A DNA stretch of 63,872 nucleotides, filler included, from Octopus bimaculoides (GCF_001194135.2; 6 parts of 6 records of this genome joined end to end with filler, not necessarily neighbours in it), one strand, 5' to 3'; positions 52,545 to 63,668 are shown, counted from the whole stretch's first letter. Numbers and translations are program-made. The notes: generated by a model not told the origin, from the letters alone.

Positions 52545-53062
52545 CTCTAGGCGCAAGGCATGAAATTTAGGGAGAGGGGGCTAGTCGATCAGATCGACCC
52601 CAGAACGCAACTGGTACTTAATTTATCGAAAGGATGAAAGACAAAGTCTACCGCGGCGGAATTTGAACCCAGAACGTAAAGACTGACGAAATATCGCTAA
52701 GTATTTCGCCCGGCGTGCTAACATTTCAGCCACCTCACCGCCTTTCGACACTTAGATATTAATTTACACACACACACACACACACACAGGCACTGCTTGG
52801 CTGCAGTTAAATGACTGAAACGTGTAAAAGAATAAATGAGTAAAAGAATATATTTAACTTGATTTTCAATCATTTGACTGCGACCATGATGGAGCACCCC
52901 CTTTAGTCGAACAAATGGATTCCAGGACTTATTCTTTGTAAGCCAGGTACTCATTCAATCGGTCTCCTTCGCCGAACTACTAAGTTACGAGGACGTAAAC
53001 ATACCAACGTCGATCGTCAAGCGATGGTGGGATGACAAACACAGAAGCACACTCACAAATAT
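52545..53062. mobile_element. SINE cluster: SINE-B (-) 52545-52742, SINE-A tail (+) 52790-52850, SINE-A 3' half (-) 52862-53062
   Basis: Direct matches to the other A and B copies in the window. Confidence 0.8.
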
Positions 53063-53591
53063 ATNNNNNNNNNNNNNNNNNNNNNNNNNNNNNNNNNNNN
53101 NNNNNNNNNNNNNNNNNNNNNNNNNNNNNNNNNNNNNNNNNNNNNNNNNNNNNNNNNNNNNNNNNNNNNNNNNNNNNNNNNNNNNNNNNNNNNNNNNNNN
53201 NNNNNNNNNNNNNNNNNNNNNNNNNNNNNNNNNNNNNNNNNNNNNNNNNNNNNNNNNNNNNNNNNNNNNNNNNNNNNNNNNNNNNNNNNNNNNNNNNNNN
53301 NNNNNNNNNNNNNNNNNNNNNNNNNNNNNNNNNNNNNNNNNNNNNNNNNNNNNNNNNNNNNNNNNNNNNNNNNNNNNNNNNNNNNNNNNNNNNNNNNNNN
53401 NNNNNNNNNNNNNNNNNNNNNNNNNNNNNNNNNNNNNNNNNNNNNNNNNNNNNNNNNNNNNNNNNNNNNNNNNNNNNNNNNNNNNNNNNNNNNNNNNNNN
53501 NNNNNNNNNNNNNNNNNNNNNNNNNNNNNNNNNNNNNATATATATATATATATATATATAGTAATAATAGAGTGTAATATTTACCAACATA

Positions 53592-53760
53592 CGGCGGCGA
53601 GCTGCCAGAATCTTTACACGTCAGACAAAATGCTTAGAGGTACTTTGTCCGTCTATATATTCTGAGTTCAAATTCCGCTGAGTGCGCTGTTGGTCAATGT
53701 AAATGACTAGCATTCCTCCCATCCCAAATTTCAGACTTTTGCCTATAATAGAAAAGTTCA
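53592..53760 (+). mobile_element. SINE-B with an internal deletion
   Basis: CGGCGGCGAGCTGCCAGAATC...TTCTGAGTTCAAATTCCGCTGAG...CCCAAATTTCAGACTTTTGCCTATAATAGAAA. Confidence 0.75.
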
Positions 53761-54039
53761 TTATTTACCAGCATCAGCTGGTTGAGAATCGTACATGTGA
53801 AACAGTATTTAAACTTAATCGGCCAACCTTTTTTACAACCGAGAGGTAATATTCATTCTCATTTGAACGTCAATTTTCTGTTGAAACAAGCTTTACTGTG
53901 GTTGATATTATGAGAAACTCTCAAATAGATTTTTGGTGCGTAGTGCACCCTTGTTTGTTTATATCACCACGCTTAAGTGGGAATAAATATTACTCCTCGG
54001 TATTTATGATGCCTCTTTCGCTAATATATATTTTTAATT

Positions 54040-54240
54040 AGCTAACTGGCTAATCGCGTTACTAGTGCCTGTTCTGGCACTGATTTGCTATGAATCGCTA
54101 GCGGGAAGTTCCGTCACTACTATATCTAGCGGTCGAGCGTCCATCACCGATGAGATCAAGGAAGAACGAAATCACGTGACCTGGTGGTCTTAGCGCTTGA
54201 GTTGGTGGGCATTTATCTCCCCGCAGGTGATATAAACAGA
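54040..54240. promoter_or_regulatory. CpG-rich promoter-like patch
   Basis: Unique CpG-dense stretch with GCGGGAAG (54101, E2F-like), TTCCG (54109, ETS-like), the E-box TCACGTGA (54172-79) and a possible donor CAG|GTGATA at 54226. Confidence 0.35.
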
Positions 54241-54592
54241 TAAACGAGTATTCTACACCAAAAGGCTATAAGAATGTCTCGTGATATCTTCTGCAATAAA
54301 GTTTGTTCAAACAGAACATACTCGTTTAAATGGGAATAAGTATTATTTCCGGTATTAATACTGCCTGTGTCGCCACTATACACGTTTTACAACTGTTAAG
54401 GAAAGGGAAGTTATTATTTGTGAGCCTGAGATACCTGTTGACGATACATATATGACTGGGTTTCCAACACTGTGATGCATTAGAAAAGCTTATAAAACCT
54501 CTGAGTAACTCCAACAGTCTTTGCGTTAGGAAAAGCATCTCTGATATTTATTTCACCTCTGGGAAATAAAGAAGGAGAATACTGTTGTCAGG

Positions 54593-54689
54593 ATGTCTAA
54601 GGAAAGATGGAAGGGTGAACTCCCTAAGCTGCCACAGATCAAAGAAAATTCTAACTTGATAATGATAGATGGTTTAGATGGCAGTACAG
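54593..54689 (+). CDS. Candidate first coding exon MSKERWKGELPKLPQIKENSNLIMIDGLDGST
   Basis: ATG at 54593 with an upstream in-frame stop at 54542, donor CAG|GTGAGA at 54689/90, about 350 nt downstream of the promoter-like patch. No homology recognised. Confidence 0.3.
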
Positions 54690-55096
54690 GTGAGAACTGC
54701 CAGAGACATGTCGAGCGAAACGTTGCCATACGCACCTGTACAGACATAGACACACTCACAAATTCATATATAAATACATTTTTCTATCCCTGCTCACTCA
54801 TGTATGTGTGTGTGTGTGTGTGTGTCCATCCATCTAAGCATGCAAATCTACACATATACGAAAATGGTAGTACACGCTCTCATCTATCTCGACTCAACCA
54901 TACAGATATGCGCATAACTCAAAAAAGAAAATTTATAAAATGATAGAATTGTAAATATTTAATATAGCTACAATTTCAGGCGCAGTTAACAATTCAAACT
55001 TTAAATTAGGCGAAAACGATATAACCATTATATCATATATGGGTCTAGTTAACAAGATGTATGTATGTATGTATGTATGTATGTATGTATACAGTT

Positions 55097-55470
55097 TTAA
55101 GTCTGCGGCCATGCTGGCGCACATCCTTCAAGAATTCTTAGTCGAATCGACCCTAGTACTTTGATTTTAAAGCCTGGTACATATATTTTGGTCTCTTTTG
55201 CCGAGCCACTATTTACGAGGACGTAAACACACCAACACCGGTTTTCGAGCAGTGATAGGAACAAGCGCAAACACACACACACACACTCACATACACACAC
55301 ACATGCATACATACATATGTACATACATACATATATACATACATACTTACATACATACATACGACAGGCTCCTTTCAGTTGCCGTGGCCAAGGTGGCACA
55401 GTGGAACTGAACCCGGAACCATGTGGTTGGGAAACAAGCTTTTTATTAGACAGCCACTCATGCGCCTATG
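55097..55470 (-). mobile_element. SINE-A, full length, with an internal (CA)/(TACA) microsatellite
   Basis: 3' half at 55097-55265 and head (AACCCGGAACCATGTGGTTGGGAAACAAGCTT) at 55405-55470. Confidence 0.85.
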
Positions 55471-56399
55471 AATATAGTATTGTTATAAATATATATAAGT
55501 ATTAGTTTGATGCTCAGGAAGAATATATATNNNNNNNNNNNNNNNNNNNNNNNNNNNNNNNNNNNNNNNNNNNNNNNNNNNNNNNNNNNNNNNNNNNNNN
55601 NNNNNNNNNNNNNNNNNNNNNNNNNNNNNNNNNNNNNNNNNNNNNNNNNNNNNNNNNNNNNNNNNNNNNNNNNNNNNNNNNNNNNNNNNNNNNNNNNNNN
55701 NNNNNNNNNNNNNNNNNNNNNNNNNNNNNNNNNNNNNNNNNNNNNNNNNNNNNNNNNNNNNNNNNNNNNNNNNNNNNNNNNNNNNNNNNNNNNNNNNNNN
55801 NNNNNNNNNNNNNNNNNNNNNNNNNNNNNNNNNNNNNNNNNNNNNNNNNNNNNNNNNNNNNNNNNNNNNNNNNNNNNNNNNNNNNNNNNNNNNNNNNNNN
55901 NNNNNNNNNNNNNNNNNNNNNNNNNNNNNNNNNNNNNNNNNNNNNNNNNNNNNNNNNNNNNNNNNNNNNNNNNNNNNNNNNNNNNNNNNNNNNNNNNNNN
56001 NNNNNNNNNNNNNNNNNNNNNNNNNNNNNNNNNNNNNNNNNNNNNNNNNNNNNNNNNNNNNNNNNNNNNNNNNNNNNNNNNNNNNNNNNNNNNNNNNNNN
56101 NNNNNNNNNNNNNNNNNNNNNNNNNNNNNNNNNNNNNNNNNNNNNNNNNNNNNNNNNNNNNNNNNNNNNNNNNNNNNNNNNNNNNNNNNNNNNNNNNNNN
56201 NNNNNNNNNNNNNNNNNNNNNNNNNNNNNNNNNNNNNNNNNNNNNNTTTTTGGTGTCGCATGGCCAAAAATTACCGTGAATTTTTTTAGAGACACTTTCA
56301 AATTTATCAGAATATCGGACTGAGGATTGGAATAGGGATTTTTCATTCTCTTAACCATGAAACGATCGTATCCGATTAACTAAAGACTTGTTTTGTTTA

Positions 56400-56790
56400 T
56401 GCTTTCCCCTCCGGTTTTTTGTCCTATGTGTGCCATAAATATCGCCATCCATTTAGAGAAAAATTTGTAGTTTAGAATCAGTAGTTCTTTGACTGCTATT
56501 TCTAAATTTTCAGTATGTTGGAGAAGCAACTCAATGCTAATCCCTGTATATTTATGATTATATATATATATATATACATATATTTTAAAACAAAAATTTA
56601 AATTCTGGTCATAGGGTTACCAAAGGCTTCGTATCCACGAAAGCCAAAGCCTTCTGGACAACTCGTCAGACTCTATACAGAGACAAAAGTAATTTAAACT
56701 TTCTATCACGCGGACATGAGGAAACGTTGATTTCAAGATTTAAGGCCGCTAGGCCTTAAATAAAACTCAATAAGGACGGGTTGTCTTCCC
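56400..56790 (+). mobile_element. Degenerate Penelope-like GIY-YIG endonuclease remnant
   Basis: Broken frames CPMC...FRISSSFDC, (S)KF-QYVGEATQ and EETLISRFKAARP*IKLNK resemble the PLE CxxC...FxC...CxxQYVGET...RExxWIxxLxTxxPxGLN architecture. Interrupted by (TA)n at about 56545-56585. Confidence 0.45.
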
Positions 56791-57084
56791 TGGACAAGGG
56801 GGGAAAAAAAACAACCCTTACAGAGCCCAAAAAGCCTAACCAGCAAACGAGGAGATCCAATTTTCAAGTAGGTAGCGCTTGAAGTGGACTCATTTAGAGA
56901 ATGTTTCTTTACGACTATTTAGCGTGCCAGGTTCAGCATAGTCTAGTTACTGCTCTATTCTTTAGAGTATGCTTATTCTCTGATATATGTTTTATTGATT
57001 ATGTATATATTTTGAATCTGAATAACACTCATTCCACTTAGTTATTTATACTATATATGTATATGTATGTATGTATGTTTGTTT

Positions 57085-57294
57085 GTGTCAGTGTTTATGT
57101 TCCTGTAACGGAGCGGTTCGGCAAAAGAGACCGATACAATAAGCACTAGGCTTGAAAAAGATGAGTCCTGGGTCGATTTGTTTGGCTTAAAAAACTCTTC
57201 ATGTCGGTGCTGTAGCATAGCGGCAGTCAAATGTTCAAAACAAGAGAATAAAAGAACATATATATGTTTACATATATATTTATACACCCCAGCA

Positions 57295-57333
<39 letters not shown>

Positions 57334-57680
57334 AACAATAATAACGAAATTTGCAGGCGTAAGTATTATGTATACGTAGGGAATATAAGTAATTTTAAGC
57401 CACCGTTGTTTGGAAAGTATGTTTTATATTCTTATATTAGATCTTTTGTCTTGTTAGCTACGATTACATGTAATAAACCTAAATTCAACCCATATTCTTT
57501 TCTAGTCTAGGCACAAGGTCCGAAATTTTGCGGAAGAGGACCAGTCGATTAGATCGACCCAGTACACAACTGGTACTTATTTTATCGACCTCGAAAGGAT
57601 GAAAGGGAAAGTCGACCTCGGCGGAATTTGAACTCAGAATGTAGCAGCAGACGAAATACCGCTAAGCATTTCGCTGCCTT
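57085..57680. mobile_element. SINE-A 3' half (+) 57085-57255 and SINE-B (-) 57505-57680
   Basis: Direct matches to the other copies. Confidence 0.85.
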
Positions 57681-58057
57681 AAATTCAACCAATATTATAT
57701 ACTCGACCATTATTTACCATTTTATTTGGGTAGTATTGAATTTATAACATTTAAACGACTTAAAACTTCAGGTTTGCACAAGAAAAACATCCCGTTTGTA
57801 TGCTAAGTAATTTTTAAATAACTTTATAAAATATGTAGAGCTTCAGTAGAACACTGGATGCACTTTTTTTGTTGCTTGTGTAAGAAGGGTTTCTTGCTAT
57901 GATGTCTCATTCTATTTGTATTCCGCATTGAGTTAAGATTTAATATGTATTTCACTAATCTATTTGACTTAAGGAATTTTCATACTGTTGCTATGTTGTC
58001 CTTATCACTGTTATGCTGTTAGTGTTGTTATTAATATTGTTATTTATACTGTTTATT

Positions 58058-58123
58058 CTGTTGTTATGACATCACCCTTATTAGACTGTTGTTATGACAT
58101 CACCCTTATTAGACTGTTGTTAT
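58058..58123. repeat. 28-bp tandem duplication CTGTTGTTATGACATCACCCTTATTAGA (2.3 copies)
   Basis: Exact copies at 58058-58085 and 58086-58113. Confidence 0.9.
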
Positions 58124-58561
58124 TTTATGACTGATTTTGCGACTTTGTTTTTGTTATTTACAATCTAATTGATTCTGTTTTTGTTTTGTTTTTCAGTACT
58201 TGACGCCATTATTGTGGCTGATGCGGTTATTATTGGTATCATTGTTATTATCATTTAGCTTTAATCTATCCTGATCAAAGTAAACATAGAGCCAAAATTA
58301 TTTGAACCAAAACGATTCCATTTTCCTCCCTTTTTTAGGCACAACGTATTCCGGACAATATTATTCAGTGTACCATATTAATAGTCCCTGATATGAGTAA
58401 CACTCGTCTACTATTTCTTATGGGTTGAGAAACACGTAGAGGTTCCTCTGTATGCTTGTTATTCTAATATACACTGTAGATACAGATACATTTTGTAACG
58501 GCGTATTTACCAACCGAAGGTGTTGCAAGCATTGTTGTTGATGGTTATAATTGCTATTGCT

Positions 58562-58850
58562 GTGAAGGCTTGGTGGTTAAGGTATTCGACTCATGATCTT
58601 AAGATCGTGAGTTCAATTCCTGGCAATGCGTTGTATCCTTGAACAAGACATTTATTTCACTTTGTTCCAGACCACTCAGCTGGCAAAAATGAATAATATC
58701 TGTAATTCAAAGGTCCAGCTTTGTCCCCTTTTGTGTCACGCTGAATTTGCCTGGGAACTCCGTTAATGGTTCACGTATCTTTGGAGCGCTCAGCCACTTG
58801 CGCGTTAATTTCGCGAGCAGGCTGTTCCGACGATCCGGTCAGCTGGAACA
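58562..58850 (+). mobile_element. tRNA-derived SINE (D-type head and body, C-type 3' module)
   Basis: GGCTTGGTGGTTAAGGTATTCGACTCATGATC...GAGTTCAATTCC, then GTCACGCTGAAT...TTAATTTCGCGAGCAGGCTGTTCCG. Confidence 0.8.
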
Positions 58851-59939
58851 AGCGTCTTTGTAACCGTAGTTACTAACACCAGAATGGTTGAGGAGGATGC
58901 GGTTAATATTGTTGGTGTTCTGTATGAATGGAATGCCTTCTTTATAAACCATTTGTTCTATTTTAGTACTTTTAATTGGTGCCTTCGTTGTAATGATGGT
59001 GGTAATGGTAGCAGCGGTAGCGGTGGCGTCGCTGGTGGTTTTTGACACTGGTGACGGCGGTGGAGGCGATGGTGGTAGTGGGAGCTATAATGAGAGCTAT
59101 AATATTTCTTATGATGCTGTTCATATTATTTTTGAGGCTGCTGTTTCGTCATTACTCAGTATCAGTTGAACCCTGAAAATGTAGACCTATAATCTAAAGT
59201 ATTCCAACCGTGACCATGCCACAGTTATTTAAAAAAAGGACGTGGTTGTTTTAGGGAGATACGGTAGCTATTTGTAGGAAGTTGAGTGACCGGACAGAGA
59301 TCCGCTGTAATTTTTGTGATAATATATATATTAATGTAATTGTTGTTGTTGTCGTCGTTGTTGTTGTTGCTGTTGCTACTGCAGCGGTTCTTGATGATAA
59401 TGATGATGATGATGTGTTGAAATTGCTTTAGACGTTGCTTCTGCCGTTGTTGAGCACTCCTCTTATTAATACAAAAAATGTATCTTCTGTTGCTGTCATT
59501 ATTGTTCTTCTCACCGCTGTTGTTACTTAAGTTACAACAAACAGCATAGTTTTTGTTGCTGTTGTTGTTATTGTTGCCGTTGTAATTGTGATTTCTTATT
59601 AATCTAAATCCAAGTTTGACTACTCGGCGTCCCTTTATTATTTTCTTCATTTTTATATTTGTTTTCTTTTTTTCTTCTTAGTTTCTTTACTATTTTCATC
59701 AACCAATGATGTGATTCTTTCATACTATTATTCACTTATTCCCTCTATTCCCCTACATTCTTCTAGCCTCTCTGCCAGTTATCCTCTTCAATGCAGACGA
59801 CCGCTTGGCGTTTGAAGCAATAAACTTATCAAAAGAACAAACACTGCAGGCTTTGTCGCTTTTTGTTTGTTTGTTTGTTTTGTCTTTTTGTTTTTTCCTC
59901 CCTTCTTTTCCTATAATATATATATATATATAAATCGAC

Positions 59940-60070
59940 AGAATAACGTAAAGTGTCGGTCACGTTTTCTCCCGTAAGGTGGCACCACCTGTCCCCGGTC
60001 GGCAGTAGACAATAAGAGCGAAAAGAAAATGGCGCCAATTTCGTTTCCGGACTACCGTAGCCGAATGTTT
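59940..60070. promoter_or_regulatory. CpG-rich promoter-like patch
   Basis: GAAAATGGCGCC (60025-36, YY1-like or Kozak-like) and TTCCGG (60045-50, ETS-like) in CpG-dense unique sequence. Confidence 0.35.
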
Positions 60071-60702
60071 GTCAAAGCATTCATCAAAATCTCGCAATAT
60101 AGATTAATACGCTCTGGACATTAACATCTCATACTTCTTTCGCGTAGGTGCAAACACTCTTTTATACACACATACGTACATACATACCATACATACATAG
60201 TATATGTGTGTGTGTGTGTGTATGTATTCGTATCTATGAGTATATGTATATATATATATATATATATGTATGTATGCTTGTATATTAAACATATATATAT
60301 ACACACATACATATAACCACACACATATATATATACACATATACACATATAAATACACAAACACCCATGCTTTCATACGCACGCTTGCACGCACACACAC
60401 GTACACGTACAAACATATATGTGGTTATTCATATTAATATGCGACTATATCTATATCAACGTGTATGTGCCTATGTGTTTTTGAGTAGATGTGTGCAATT
60501 TCATACAGCAAATCTCTTATGCACAGACCAATATCCACGGCAAGACATACACTTATGTGTGGACGTGTGAGTATAATATTCGTGTTCACATACATATATA
60601 AGATGTATCTACATGTGTTTCTGCCTACATATGTGTACATACACATTAATCCGTATATGTCAGTATACAAACAAGCACACACACATATATACACACACGC
60701 AT

Positions 60703-60733
<31 letters not shown>

Positions 60734-60978
60734 TATATATATATATATATATATATGTATGTGATGAGAGGAACTGAGTGTTGTATGTGTGTGAAGGCAT
60801 TCTTTTTCCTCCCTCTTTGCTTTACATGTAATATAGTTAAGATATATATGTATAGTATTACACTGTTTAGCAACTTGACTGGATATTCACTACTCTAATA
60901 AATAAATGTCAATGCACAAATACTAGCAAATACAGATGATACTCATTATAAACACAGGCACACAGATGCGCGCGCGCA

Positions 60979-61030
<52 letters not shown>

Positions 61031-61074
61031 AAAACATACACACACACACACATAAATGCACTCGCACATGTATA

Positions 61075-61170
61075 TGGTTCTGGTTTCAATCTCTTTGCTT
61101 GGCACTTTGGTTAAGTGTCTTTTACTGTAGCTCGAGGCCGTCCAAAACGTTGTGAGTACATTTGGTAGAC
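61075..61170 (+). mobile_element. Degenerate SINE-A 5' half
   Basis: TGGCACTTTGGTTAAGTGTCTTTTACTGTAGCTCGAGGCCGTCCAAAACGTTGTGAGTACATTTGGTAGAC. Confidence 0.65.
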
Positions 61171-62476
61171 GTGTATATATATACACATATACATATNNNN
61201 NNNNNNNNNNNNNNNNNNNNNNNNNNNNNNNNNNNNNNNNTTAATTAATTAANNNNNNNNNNNNNNNNNNNNNNNNNNNNNNNNNNNNNNNNNNNNATAT
61301 ATATATATATATCAGTTTAATACACAACTGAAAGAACTGTTAATAAATTCACGATTTTATGATACTTGAACTGGCAACGTTTCTTCCACGCCCAGCTCAT
61401 TGTAAGGCGCCCAGAAAAAAGTGGGATGATGCTCTTGTTGCTACACCTGCTTAAGCAGCGTTTCAGGTCAAAGTGTTCTCAAGTTGTTTCCACTACCAGA
61501 TGTGTAACAATTCAGTCTTTTGCTGTGTACCACCAAATTTCTTGTCCTCCGACTATGTACTCTCAACTGGGAGCTCACCGGCTTGGCCTTTTGGTTTTTG
61601 GAATTATTAAGACTTGAAAATCCATCATGAACTCGCAGTAGTGGTGCGAAGGTTATAACCAATTACGGATCAACGTAATCACTGATGCTTTGACCGGCAA
61701 CTTAACATTTCTTAATACTCTTAAACGGGATAGTTTCAATCGGTATGTTATGCAAAACTTCCTCTAATAGCTATTTCAAAGATAACTGGAAGATTCTACC
61801 TTTTTAAACGAGTTAGAAAAATAAGTGATGAGTTACCTAGATCTGTTATGTATTTTGCGGACAGAAGTTTCGTTTCATGTACCATGTTATTTCCGAATGT
61901 TTCTTACTTTAAGAAAGTTTCTCTGTTGAAAGTTTTCACAGCAGGCAAAACTGATCCCATTTGTAATATTCTTAGTGTTTTAGTTTAACGCCGTCAGCAA
62001 GTCTCTGCGTGAATATCGCAGTAATAAAAGAGATGCTAGCATTGTTTATACAAGCGGTACTCTTAATGAAAATGTCATTAATATTTTTTTCTTTTGTAAC
62101 GTGTATTTTTGAGAATAATATTTTCTTGTTCTTCAATGTGTATGTTGTGCATGCGACTGTTTTGGTTTTGCATTATCTCTTCCGATGAACGTGACTCGGA
62201 GTTTTTCTAGTAATTTCTTTTGTATTCAGACTGCATGAAAGCAATAAAATTTGTAAAAAAACATACATTTTTCTGTTAATTTTATTTAATTATGCTCTAA
62301 ACTTTCCGAAGTTATATATATGTGAATAAGTTTAGTAATATGTTAATTCCTAGTAATAATCATCTTTTCTTCGAAGAAAAGCGTAAAGATAATGTCTGAG
62401 TATGCAGTGAAAGACAACAACAACAACAGCAACAAATACATCAACAACAACAACAATAATAATAATAATGATAATA

Positions 62477-62504
<28 letters not shown>

Positions 62505-62510
<6 letters not shown>

Positions 62511-62640
62511 CATTTATTTGCCACAAGGGGGAAAGATGAGGGGGACAATACAAAGACAGACATAAGGTGTGGGGATTTACATATAATGAAACGATAAAAA
62601 AATGAAAGAAAGTATACATTGTACACACTAAAAAAGAAAT
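62505..62640 (-). mobile_element. Probable LINE 3' UTR fragment ending in (ATC)n
   Basis: Minus strand GTAAATCCCCACACCTTATGTCTGTCTTTGTATTGTCCCCCTCATCTTTCCCCCTTGTGGCAAATAAATGAAATCATC shares its last ~55 nt with long-tail SINE-B but has T-rich, non-SINE sequence upstream. Confidence 0.5.
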
Positions 62641-62855
62641 AATAGCTCAAAATTTTGGTACAAAGCCAGTAATTTCGGGGGGAAGGGGTAAGTCGATTAC
62701 ATCGACTCCAGTACTCAGCTGGTACTTATTTTATAGAAAGTGAAGAAAGATATAANNNNNNNNNNNNNNNNNNNNNNNNNNNNNNNNNNNNNNNNNNNNT
62801 TAATTAATTAANNNNNNNNNNNNNNNNNNNNNNNNNNNNNNNNNNNNNNNNNNNN

Positions 62856-62888
<33 letters not shown>

Positions 62889-62900
62889 GTATATGTATAT

Positions 62901-63029
62901 ATACTCTCTGATGAAGCCCAGAGACACACCCAAGTACCTAAACCTTATCTACCAAATATTTCAGTTCACTTAAGGGATATAAGTAGATTGGGGTACTTTG
63001 GCTCCTTGGTTGAAACAGCTGTAAGATAT
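62901..63029 (+). ncRNA. Type I hammerhead ribozyme motif with extended stem II and palindromic stem III
   Basis: CTGATGA 62908-14; stem II base AGCC/GGTT; inner helices CCAAGTACC/GGTACTTTGG and ATCTAC/GTAGAT; GAAA 63012-15; palindrome ACAGCTGT 63015-22; GTA cleavage triplet 63021-23; stem I ATA-C-TCT/AGATAT. Confidence 0.7.
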
Positions 63030-63132
63030 TATCCTATCTTTTGTGATCTATGTTATATATTTTAATAATTACTGGTATTTTTATATATTGAATATATAAA
63101 GAATATTATGCTATACATGTATGTATATTGTT

Positions 63133-63208
63133 ATAAAAATCCATCTTGACATAGCCAAGGCTAGCAGGCTAGCCTGCTAGCCTTGGCTATGTCAAGATGG
63201 ATTTTTAT
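63133..63208. repeat. Perfect 76-bp palindrome
   Basis: ATAAAAATCCATCTTGACATAGCCAAGGCTAGCAGGCT|AGCCTGCTAGCCTTGGCTATGTCAAGATGGATTTTTAT, with no spacer and no mismatch. Confidence 0.95.
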
Positions 63209-63408
63209 GTATTCTTCTTCCCACTTGGATTTTAAACGTTGCTACAATTATAATATGTCTATTCTACTGTAATTTTCTACATTTTTGTGCAGCTGAAGAT
63301 TGCTCTACATATTGCATTTAATGTAATGCTCGCATTACTTAAATAAATGGAGTAGCATGAAACGTGCGTACTGCAATCATCTTTAAAATCCGTGTTGCTT
63401 ATTTTGAT

Positions 63409-63460
<52 letters not shown>

Positions 63461-63515
63461 ATGTAGTGTGTTAGGTGTGATGTACAGAATTGAATATTCA
63501 GAAAAAATGTTGGCA

Positions 63516-63668
63516 GAATTTTGGAAAAAAATCCTTTTATTTCTTCATTATTATTAGCGCTTTCTTTCCTCTCTAGAACGTGTCAAATACAATTTTATTT
63601 GACAAGTTGTAGAGAGGAATGAAAGCGCTAATAATAGTGACGAAATAAAAGGAGTGTTTTGAAAATTC
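63516..63668. repeat. ~150-bp imperfect hairpin (MITE-like)
   Basis: TCCTTTTATTTC/GAAATAAAAGGA, TATTATTAGCGCTTTC/GAAAGCGCTAATAATA, TTCCTCTCTA/TAGAGAGGAA and TGTCAAATA/TATTTGACA around a CAATTT loop. Confidence 0.85.

Noticed and set aside
17866-58850. SINE heads as functional tRNA genes, and recurring SINE units as a CRISPR-like array
   Set aside because: The heads lack an intact cloverleaf and continue into SINE bodies. The units are dispersed, diverged and irregularly spaced, with no cas genes.
59225-59650. 141-aa N/I-rich ORF as a protein-coding gene
   Set aside because: It is built from trinucleotide repeats, with no domain and no splice context. Kept only as part of a possible UTR.
61340-61700. 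GC-richer unique-looking stretch with 64-83 aa ORFs
   Set aside because: No recognisable motif in six frames. It may be an old TE fragment but cannot be assigned.
27287-62811. Five TTAATTAATTAA islands as a biological repeated motif
   Set aside because: Each is centred in a 100-nt N placeholder and is a six-frame-stop contig linker.
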